IMG/VR virus record: IMGVR_UViG_3300036770_005682
Span: 32,001-96,000 of that record
Direction: 5' to 3' (one strand)
Origin: a virus
DNA length: 64,000 nucleotides
A program made the translations under genes and the position numbers. Position 1 is the stretch's first letter. The number at the start of each line of letters is the position of its first letter. The notes below the pieces were generated by a model that was not told the origin of the DNA, searched no databases, and saw only the letters and a program-made list of their open reading frames with translations. Positions 21,401 to 29,123 of the stretch are shown here, piece after piece.

Positions 21401-24400
21401 TGAATTTGGTTCACCCGAAGAGCTCGGCGTCACGGATGACCCATCAACATGGGCTCTACATCCGGACAACGTGCAGGATGATGGTGTAACCCCAATTGAG
21501 TTAGATGAACTTGAGCAGCTCATACTTAAATATGCACCGCGTAAATTTCAAGCCGACTTACTTGAAATGCTCAAGCCAAGTGAATGGACAGACCCTCATA
21601 GTGGCCACATTGACCAGCGCTATGTTGACCTGCCTCCAGAAATGATTGATTATTTTGTTGCTCAGGCTATGGGCACAATGCCACCTATGCCATCCGGTTC
21701 AGGAAATTTACCCACACCGAATATGGGCGGCGTCCAAGGAGATGGAGTAGGAATTTCAGACCCTGGCGGTCCGCGTCTGCGTCGCGGTATACCGTTTATA
21801 CCCAGAAACATAAACTGGGATTCAGCCTTGCGAATGTTCAAACGAATTATCGACAGACAGGGAACTTCTGCATCTGCTCCAGGTTCGTATCGCACCGCAT
21901 CGCTACGTTATGACCCAGCACTTGGTGTATATGAAGACTGGGGACCACTTCAGCTGCAAAACCAGTTTGTTGAAGCGGCTAAAGCAGCAAGAGAACTATA
22001 TGTATCGGGCACTGGGCAAGACTCACGGAAAGCAAGAGAGCAGGTATGGAACCTTCTCCAAGCGGGCAGAACCCCAGAAGAAATAGGACATGAGCTAATA
22101 ATCTTTGGAGCAGACCAGCCAGATACAAATAGGCCGCCACAGCCACTGGATGTATCTGACCTTGTGAAAGCCGCAGCGACAGCGTATGCAGTTGAAAACA
22201 ATCTCCCAGTTGCTGATGTTTCCAAAATGCTTAATGCAAATGCTAAAGCGTTCAATGCTGACGCTACACGCCAAGAAACTCTCCGCCGCTCACAACTGGA
22301 AAGGCTTCGTGCTGATTTAGATAGGCTTCTCAGTGGTCAAAGCATGGACCAAATTATCAAGTCCATTGACGGTTTGATTGAAGAAACAGAACGTAAGAAA
22401 TGGTTTGCTGACCAGGCCTACAGAATTGAGCGCGGCCATGACGCGCGACTACGGAAAGCTATTCTGGACCTAGCGGAAATGTACCCATTGCCTACGGCAC
22501 GCCGCCAAATATTTATGGAGCCAGACGGCTCTATCACTGGTACACCTTCGCGAAACTCAAGGACGTTGTACCAAGAGCCATACACGGGCGAAATATCGGC
22601 TGACGCAAATCTTGGCTGGCCATTAGCTTTTGATGAAGGTTATGACCCCACAAAAATTACTAGGGCTAGGCAGGCTAACAGAATTTACAGATGGTGGCGT
22701 CAGAACTGGGGCTATGTTGACCGCGATGAAAATGGTGAAATAATTCGTCAGTATGTTGGCCCGCTCCAGGGAACGTTAACTGCTCACCAAACTCACGCCA
22801 GAAAATATGGCAACGCGGGTCTATCTGGCACAACAGCATACGCAACCAAAACAGCTGATGCTCGAGTTAGGCAGCTAAAAGAAGTACAAAAACTTCTCAG
22901 TGAAGCCCGCCGCGAAGGCCGCAACTTTAACATCAGTGGATACATGCGTAATGCTGGTCCAAATCTTTATGAGTCATATTCACGCAATGCTGCGCGCTCA
23001 CTAGTTGCTGGGCGTAAAAATAAAAAATCTGCATCAATGCTTCTTGGTTTTGATTCAGAAAACATGCCTGTGACAAGAGCTATGAGGATTGCCTTCACTG
23101 GTGGTTCAGGAAAATTTAGTGATGCCGAAAATATGCATTCTTTTGCATCAATAATGAATCCAGAAAACATCGATTACTTTAATCACCTTTCTCCGGTAGA
23201 AAAAGATTATTTTAGGTCTCTTTATTCTGACGCTGAATTCGTTGTAGCCGTACCTCGAGACGCTGCAGTTTCGGCCAGTCGTTCAATTCGCGGGAAAGAC
23301 GGACTTACACCAGATGAAAAGCTAAGTCAGGCTTTCTATAAAGCAATGTCAGATACACGCCCAACTATTTCTGGACAGATGGGACTTAAGAGAAATCTGT
23401 CAAAAGCAAGGGGAATGGCAAGACGCAACCCTGAGTTGTGGCAGCGCCGCTACATGACTGCGCGTAATAGCTTCAGGATGGCGACGCCATTTAGACGGAC
23501 CACATTGCAAAACTATGACCTAGAACTCAGGCAGGTTGATGACAGCGTGTTTGGGCCAATTTCGGGTCTCTACCTTGTTGATAGAGCAACGGGAAATGTA
23601 ATCGATGGCCCATACAAATCAACGGAATTGATGTCGGCTGTGGATGCAGGCCGTGGCGCCATGAGGAAGGTCAAGGAACAAAATTATCCTCGCCCATGGG
23701 AGCAAATGCCGGAAATACAGAAAGCAATTGCATATGGCGTATCCAACGAAATGCGCGATTTCCTGACTCTCGATGCATATAAGTTGAGCGACATACGCAG
23801 TACGGTAAATGAGAGAGCTCTATCCTTGGATAAGGGCATTCCACAAGAAGCAGCAGATACCGCCGTATTTAGTCGTGACCCAGATACTAGCGACCTAATG
23901 GTTCTTATGATTCAGCGTGAATGGGGACCACATAAGGACGACACGGGCGCATGGGTACTGCCTGGTGGTTTCTCCGACCCAGGTGAAACATCACTAGAAA
24001 CAGCCATGAGAGAGCTCGCAGAAGAGACTGGGATAAAACTTCCAGCAGAGTCTTCCGACCCACAATGGTGGACGACAGAAGGTGCTAAAGCTTTCCGCCT
24101 CAAGCAAATAGGCACAATAGAAGCTCCAGACTGGGATGTGCGATTTACCAAAGGTGTAAAAGTTGGAGGCGCAGCATTGTTTGTATCTCCGGACATAGCG
24201 TTCTCGGCGGGGGATGATGCACGCAGGGCACAATGGATTAGTGTTCGCGACATTGCTGATGGCAAGATACCAGTTGGCTTCGGGCATATAGCTTGGATAA
24301 AGAACGCTTTGGGCCTAGAAAAAGATGACCCAGACGAACTTGATAGCGACCTTACGGACATTGGCTCAAAGCTGGAAAGAATAGAGCGCGCGACTAGAGC

Positions 24401-27400
24401 AAGAAACAAAGAGCTCATAGAAATATCGAATGACTGGCGTAAAAAACTCAACGCAAGTCGCGATAAAGATAATCAAATACCGCTATTCGATGAAAAAAAT
24501 CTTGGCTCCTACTCATCTTGGGAGTTAATACCATCCGATGACCTGATGTACATGGGTGCATTGTCCAAGCTCAAAGTGACAGGAAAACCGCATTCAGATG
24601 CTGACGTAAAAGCAGAAGTGGAGCGAACACGTGAAGTTCGCTTAGGCAGGGTTGGAACGAATTTTGGTCCATCCATATCTGGCCAAATGGGCAATATCGG
24701 ACCGGTCGACATCTACAAAATGCACATATCCGGCAAGACCTCAAACGACATATCTGAATCACTTCCCAGTACAGAAGCAATGCTTAGAGCAACACTGGCT
24801 CTTGGTATGCCGCTCAGTAAAGAGAGCCACAATATTAATCCCCAGGATGAACGAATTTTTCTTTCATCTGCTGTTCGTGGAGAGAATATTGCCGACATCG
24901 CGAGAAGAAACAACATGTCAGTGTCGGAAGCAAACAGTGTCGTCCAGAATTTCGCAAAAATGCGTGAATCTACGGAACCGGCAATCAATAAATCTTTCCG
25001 CAAAGCAATAAAACAAGACAAAAAACTTTCTGGAGCAGAAAAACAAGCCCTTACTCGTCGCCTTAACGGCGCAACAGTCAAAGAAGCGGCCGACTTCCTC
25101 GGTGTAAAGGAAGATGCTTATATACGGCGAGAGGCAAAACTGTTAAACGCCATTCGCGAATCGAATCCTAAAATGTTCAAATCGAACGGAGCCTGGTCAG
25201 ATAACCCACGCGCCCTGGCAGTAGACCAGGAAATATTTATGCGCTTTGTTCATGATGGCCAGCCAGCCTCACGTATAGCAGGCAACATGGGCATGACCGA
25301 AAAGCTTGTGAACAACATTGTCAAGCGCTACGCAAGATGGAGAGACTCCAATGCGCCAATTGAAACAAGCTCTATTAAAAACGCATTGCTCCGTCATTCG
25401 GATTCTTTAACTCCTGGCGAAAATATATTAATGAGTCGCATAGCAGATGGTGAGTCTGTATATGACTTTGCGAAGCGGACTAGAATGCCACGTAAAAGCG
25501 CTGAGCGTATGTATAACTCAGCAATGCTCAAGCTTCATATTGAGTCCGGTGTTGCTCCGAGCTCCAGGGTATTTAGCGCAAACATTTTCAAGGCTGCTCC
25601 AAAGCGTTGGATTTCGCCAATTATGCCAGCAGATATTTTGGCCAAAAAACCAAAAATATCTGGGCGCATGAGTAATAACGACAAAGCTATTTCAACCATC
25701 AAAGAATCTAATGCGTTTAACGAAACGGAACGTGGATTTGTTTCTGCGCCAATGAATGTTTTACGTGAAATGGCTATTGATATACGTCAGGAACTTCGCG
25801 ACCAAGTTGCAGATTTGTCACAAACTTCAGCAGAAATGCATCCGGTGCTCGGAGGGCATGAAGGCGTAAAGAAAATGGCGACACTGGGTGCATATATATC
25901 CAGGACACTAGAAGAGTCTCGTATTTCGGCATTGCTAGACGAATACAAGAGCGCAAAAACAAAATTCATATCGCGCGAACGAAGAGAGTCGGTCGAAAAG
26001 CAGGCAATACTTGACGCAACAAAAAAGCTTTCGGAAGAGCTATGGCTTAAAAAGCAATTTATGGATTTGGCGTCAAACATCTACGACGCTTATGAAAGAG
26101 CATCTTGGCCATGGTTGAAATGGGACAAGTCAAGCCCTGAGTGGAAACGACATTTAGGTGTCTTTGAAACAATGGAAATGTACAAAATCGACACTCCTAG
26201 CGGCAGAAGAAAATACATCAATGATGGCTATTACATGCCGCTGAACCCACGAGAAATGGAAGCATTCCTTGATGCTGTTAATACAAACAACGGCATTACT
26301 GGAAGGATGTCCAACCCGCGCCAATGGGCACGCTCTAGAGACCTATATGAAATCCTTGGTGTTCCAGATACTGCAAGCCCTGAAGATTTAAAGAAAGCTT
26401 TTAGGACAAAATCCAGGGAACTGCATCCAGACGTTAATAAGCGTGCTGACGCAGATGAGCAGTTCAAAGAGCTTGGTTTTGCTTGGGAAACTCTAAGTAA
26501 TTCGAGCCTTAAAGCTCAATACGACTCCTGGAGAACACGCAATGCATCTGGAGCTGCTGCTGACGGCGAAGTAGATAACTTTGAAGAAGATGCCAACTTT
26601 AAAGTCGACGACAACATGTACATTACGGACGAGCGTGGCCGACTATGGCCGCGTCATAATGCAAATAGGGACGACTGGCCGACAGTTCCATTTACAGAAA
26701 ATACAGTGTTCCCGCAGCGCAAATGGGCAGAAAAAGAGTTTGACGAATGGTCGGATTGGACAAGCCACAAAATACAACCATCGAGACCAGCCGGAAGTGC
26801 CCTATGGGGAGAGCGTGGCCCTGGCGACGACATAAGAGATGGTATCGAAACTGACTTTGGTGGAGGAGGCGGTGGGTTCCCAGAGGGCTTCATGTATCGA
26901 GAATCACCAGAGGAATTCGAGAGGCGACTAAGAGATGAATTTGAGAAGCGGCTAAGGGATGAGGGTGCTCAGTTTTGGGATGAGCGGACAATGGGCCCTC
27001 CCCCACGGCCTGATGATTTTCCTGGACCCCCTGGCTTCCCGTCACCTGAAGGGTCTATCAGTGGCAGGATGAGCAATTTCGCCCCACTAGATGACACTAC
27101 GAGGCAGCGTCTCGGTATAGGGGACCTTCCAAGTCTTTACGACCAGCAACAGCTAACTGCGCAATACCCCAAAGACACCGCCATGTTTTATGCTGCTAAG
27201 CCGGGAGAACCAGCAATAGAGGTAACAACAACATTTGGCGGGAAACTAAACCTGGCGCAGCATAGATACGACAACGTATATAGGCCAATTATTGACGCAA
27301 TGATAAATGCAGTCCGCCAAAATAATCGTGGACGTAAAAGGTTCATATCGGTAGGTGGCCCTGCCGGTTCGGGTAAAACAACTGACAGAAAAACTGGCGC

Positions 27401-28796
27401 TCACGGCATACCAACAGTGGAAAATGCCCTCCATGTTGATGCTGACGAGATAAAAACTCTAATACCTGAAGCCAGGGCACTGCATGCCGCAGGAAACCCA
27501 CAATGGGCTGGAGCAGTGCATGAAGAATCAAGAATCATTGCTGACCTTGCTCTTCAAGAAGCAATAGCAAATGGTTTAGACGTTGTATACGACTCAACGG
27601 GTCAGTACAACTCTGGTTTTGGAACGTTGCAGGCTGCACGCAATGCTGGATACGACATTGTTATGCACTACAACACCGCAGAGCCAGACGCCCTTGCCGC
27701 AGCAATTGAAAGCCGCTCGCAGACAGATTCGCGTCGCCTACCATCTGGCTTTAACAATGCTGTTATGCAACGCAATAAGACAATTATGCCTAGTGTTGCT
27801 AAAGCCGCAGATGAGTTCTATTTGTGGGATTCATCTGACATAAAATCACGCAAATTGCTGGCCCAAAAGCAAACTCCACAGTCAATGCTTCAGATAATGG
27901 ACCCGAACGCATACGTTTATGGAAGCTTCGATGAAGCAGGCCAAGCAATAACCAAGGGTGGCAGGCCAACTGCCCGCCTTAACCAGTACAGATATGCGGC
28001 AGAGAGCCCTGAAGGACGAGCAATTCAGGCTTTTGAAAATGGTTCAACAATTGACCAAATATCTGAAACAATGCCCGATATGAAGCGCGACAGAATATTT
28101 GATGTTGTCACCGGAGGGGTAATTGACCCATCACTCCAATACAGGCCGCCAGTATCACCATCACAAAGGCCTGCAATCAACCCAGAAAAGAAGATTGATG
28201 ACTTCGTATCTGATGACAACCTTGAGAATATATGGAACAGCCTGGAAGAAGCACAACAACAAATCGTAAGAAATGTTCTCAAAAAACAACCAGGCGCTAT
28301 GGACGAGTTTGATGATTCGGGCCTACCGATGGACATAATTATCTGGGCCGCGCAAAACAATATCAGTGGGAGAATGGGCGCTGTCTACGATAGAGATAGA
28401 TATAGCGCCGATGATGTGAATAATGCAATTCTTGAGGTTTATGGTCGTGGCCTACAGGCTGCAGAAATGCTCGAAACGCTCAAGAGCGAGTACGACATTT
28501 CAATGGCTCGGGCAGACCTAACAGCACGAATCACCAGACTGAGAAAAGCTGGCAAATTAGACACTTATCGTCTTCCGAATAAAAAGAAAACAGCAAGACG
28601 AATAAAGAAAAGCGCAACTCAAAAATTTGTTGACAAGCGAGATAAGCAAATAGTTCGTTTAGCCAAAACAAGACCCAACCTAACAGCGAACCAGATAGCT
28701 CAAATAATCAACAACATGCCTATTCCTCCGGGAGTAGCAGTGCAGCCAATGAGTGCTAGTTCCGTGTCGCGGATAGTAAACAGCAAAGGCAAATAA
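18408..28796 (+). CDS. Giant 3462-aa polyvalent protein: DUF5872-like N-terminal region, Nudix hydrolase, 4 tandem sigma70-r4-like HTHs, DnaJ J-domain, zeta-toxin-like P-loop kinase; 9 ISGRM-type motifs
   Basis: GGAPGQWSARKAQMLAQAYKKAGGGY; Nudix box GGFSDPGETSLETAMRELAEETG (23964-24032); DLYEILGV...LHPDVN (J-domain ~26340-26525); GGPAGSGKT...VDADEIK...HEES...DST (~27350-27840). Confidence 0.85.
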   Translation: MNENNDLQFDEKDILGAPRMVRVTDPDVFSDPDSARVAARRLGCIGIRRYLNRSGGESWMPCTNESDYRKYSGIGVSGRRFRRQQLEREIRQITGRGKLAKKTIDSAVETKASKANNYTKPELRERLKQRIMAGSDGGAPGQWSARKAQMLAQAYKKAGGGYKTGGKSKTQRSLSTWTKQNWRTSDGKKARRGNYTRRYLPAKAWSKLTPAQRAATNKKKIEGSKQGEQFVPNTAAARSARKRSVRGAKHSAFYELLEIKSIEGLIEVKALPRRAARRTLQTPGALKPRLNSMGRDLNPATARNADKDPYVLEGIPTINRGRGVLDPTPGGKPSRWVPRVRKAPSKPEVAPEAKPARVLQRQAERLPKPPQTQRRESSFDWLPSDSDTWTEENKRRLFGLHKESGFSYSEFAKRNGLFADDVRESVETIKNKRKSRLNAFKKNHPKLMSVIGSFGAVRDEAMEAVADGKVKDWPSVVSWAFKDPELRRQRLSDRAVNDLFNSVSNGLDPDGKSDTVLGFIPSKTKPGKSVKTFAKRGALPPDFTSRFTTRRTAVAPARSITSIPERAIRRPERRIQRISRDIERTAAAYERLDAISGRMTSISGRMATPPGPDSSWSNQQKAQWKAEQWRKRFLFDEALNSARVNLSPELQAHIAKYPDTATAARAIMDMSDKDLDALFKAHNDALKGANITIKPPRRDELPLLPSEVAEAAQIKRPLVRAFLDEYRKMAPNGTLSRLDVDTMSNEDVEEMFNRYILPEMVDPTRLDAAGVVDVAQRISQPGQENSPLRLLDNLAYMASDDMMSLEARRRILEERLNAGIAAGTMTPAQQQATQNALDAIDMELAKLVADYEAGQPLDTSIPFIPENIPDPRKMPLWAGGRRALDFNDPVTAEDYVMFLLENDDVGFHPEWGPITRQEWNNWDEDIEQRIQRAVEVHYEGGELEAEDAMNALTAEYQQWYNVGIEAGWIEGQEEEEPQPERPIRDEFGVLDEDWVWNTEFGSPEELGVTDDPSTWALHPDNVQDDGVTPIELDELEQLILKYAPRKFQADLLEMLKPSEWTDPHSGHIDQRYVDLPPEMIDYFVAQAMGTMPPMPSGSGNLPTPNMGGVQGDGVGISDPGGPRLRRGIPFIPRNINWDSALRMFKRIIDRQGTSASAPGSYRTASLRYDPALGVYEDWGPLQLQNQFVEAAKAARELYVSGTGQDSRKAREQVWNLLQAGRTPEEIGHELIIFGADQPDTNRPPQPLDVSDLVKAAATAYAVENNLPVADVSKMLNANAKAFNADATRQETLRRSQLERLRADLDRLLSGQSMDQIIKSIDGLIEETERKKWFADQAYRIERGHDARLRKAILDLAEMYPLPTARRQIFMEPDGSITGTPSRNSRTLYQEPYTGEISADANLGWPLAFDEGYDPTKITRARQANRIYRWWRQNWGYVDRDENGEIIRQYVGPLQGTLTAHQTHARKYGNAGLSGTTAYATKTADARVRQLKEVQKLLSEARREGRNFNISGYMRNAGPNLYESYSRNAARSLVAGRKNKKSASMLLGFDSENMPVTRAMRIAFTGGSGKFSDAENMHSFASIMNPENIDYFNHLSPVEKDYFRSLYSDAEFVVAVPRDAAVSASRSIRGKDGLTPDEKLSQAFYKAMSDTRPTISGQMGLKRNLSKARGMARRNPELWQRRYMTARNSFRMATPFRRTTLQNYDLELRQVDDSVFGPISGLYLVDRATGNVIDGPYKSTELMSAVDAGRGAMRKVKEQNYPRPWEQMPEIQKAIAYGVSNEMRDFLTLDAYKLSDIRSTVNERALSLDKGIPQEAADTAVFSRDPDTSDLMVLMIQREWGPHKDDTGAWVLPGGFSDPGETSLETAMRELAEETGIKLPAESSDPQWWTTEGAKAFRLKQIGTIEAPDWDVRFTKGVKVGGAALFVSPDIAFSAGDDARRAQWISVRDIADGKIPVGFGHIAWIKNALGLEKDDPDELDSDLTDIGSKLERIERATRARNKELIEISNDWRKKLNASRDKDNQIPLFDEKNLGSYSSWELIPSDDLMYMGALSKLKVTGKPHSDADVKAEVERTREVRLGRVGTNFGPSISGQMGNIGPVDIYKMHISGKTSNDISESLPSTEAMLRATLALGMPLSKESHNINPQDERIFLSSAVRGENIADIARRNNMSVSEANSVVQNFAKMRESTEPAINKSFRKAIKQDKKLSGAEKQALTRRLNGATVKEAADFLGVKEDAYIRREAKLLNAIRESNPKMFKSNGAWSDNPRALAVDQEIFMRFVHDGQPASRIAGNMGMTEKLVNNIVKRYARWRDSNAPIETSSIKNALLRHSDSLTPGENILMSRIADGESVYDFAKRTRMPRKSAERMYNSAMLKLHIESGVAPSSRVFSANIFKAAPKRWISPIMPADILAKKPKISGRMSNNDKAISTIKESNAFNETERGFVSAPMNVLREMAIDIRQELRDQVADLSQTSAEMHPVLGGHEGVKKMATLGAYISRTLEESRISALLDEYKSAKTKFISRERRESVEKQAILDATKKLSEELWLKKQFMDLASNIYDAYERASWPWLKWDKSSPEWKRHLGVFETMEMYKIDTPSGRRKYINDGYYMPLNPREMEAFLDAVNTNNGITGRMSNPRQWARSRDLYEILGVPDTASPEDLKKAFRTKSRELHPDVNKRADADEQFKELGFAWETLSNSSLKAQYDSWRTRNASGAAADGEVDNFEEDANFKVDDNMYITDERGRLWPRHNANRDDWPTVPFTENTVFPQRKWAEKEFDEWSDWTSHKIQPSRPAGSALWGERGPGDDIRDGIETDFGGGGGGFPEGFMYRESPEEFERRLRDEFEKRLRDEGAQFWDERTMGPPPRPDDFPGPPGFPSPEGSISGRMSNFAPLDDTTRQRLGIGDLPSLYDQQQLTAQYPKDTAMFYAAKPGEPAIEVTTTFGGKLNLAQHRYDNVYRPIIDAMINAVRQNNRGRKRFISVGGPAGSGKTTDRKTGAHGIPTVENALHVDADEIKTLIPEARALHAAGNPQWAGAVHEESRIIADLALQEAIANGLDVVYDSTGQYNSGFGTLQAARNAGYDIVMHYNTAEPDALAAAIESRSQTDSRRLPSGFNNAVMQRNKTIMPSVAKAADEFYLWDSSDIKSRKLLAQKQTPQSMLQIMDPNAYVYGSFDEAGQAITKGGRPTARLNQYRYAAESPEGRAIQAFENGSTIDQISETMPDMKRDRIFDVVTGGVIDPSLQYRPPVSPSQRPAINPEKKIDDFVSDDNLENIWNSLEEAQQQIVRNVLKKQPGAMDEFDDSGLPMDIIIWAAQNNISGRMGAVYDRDRYSADDVNNAILEVYGRGLQAAEMLETLKSEYDISMARADLTARITRLRKAGKLDTYRLPNKKKTARRIKKSATQKFVDKRDKQIVRLAKTRPNLTANQIAQIINNMPIPPGVAVQPMSASSVSRIVNSKGK

Positions 28797-28798
28797 CA

Positions 28799-28978
28799 AT
28801 GAATAAGCCAATACTTCAGGATGAACTTGAAAAAATCTACATCGCCGCGATAAGAAACGAAGACCTGTCGCAACATGGCGTCAAAGAAACTCCAGAAAAC
28901 ATAGCGCTGTATTGGAGGTTGATGGCAGAAGCTCGCGAAATAGCTAATTCTGGCGACGCTTTACACATTCCAAATTAG
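28799..28978 (+). CDS. 59-aa hypothetical protein after the giant ORF (not in the ORF track)
   Basis: Manually translated MNKPILQDELEKIYIAAIRNEDL...HIPN*, starting 2 nt after the upstream stop. Confidence 0.55.
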   Translation: MNKPILQDELEKIYIAAIRNEDLSQHGVKETPENIALYWRLMAEAREIANSGDALHIPN

Positions 28979-29123
28979 TTGTTATTTCTATTAATACTTC
29001 CACTACAACGGATATTAGGTTTGGTACATTAGGTATCAGGACACAGGAGCTGGGTGCTTACCTAAGCAGATGTATCTGACCCATAATCCAAAAATCCAAA
29101 ACTTCTACAAGGAGAAAATCCAA

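Noticed and set aside
621-28360. Numerous 60-180 aa antisense or alternate-frame ORFs inside the giant genes
   Set aside because: Shadow ORFs of long coding frames, with no recognisable motifs.
667-28379. ISGRM copies as a DNA repeat, MITE or internal translation starts
   Set aside because: Synonymous codons vary widely (including TCN vs AGT for Ser), flanks share no DNA similarity, and no consistent SD precedes the Met; a peptide-level signal fits better.
6628-28796. Giant ORFs as tape measure protein or virion RNA polymerase
   Set aside because: No tape-measure-like helical repeats or TM segments and no DxDGD polymerase motif noticed; the domain content is a mosaic of enzymes. A divergent polymerase fragment cannot be excluded without a profile search.
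29070-29123. Capsid start at 29070 as given in the ORF track
   Set aside because: A strong AAGGAG RBS supports ATG 29124 instead.
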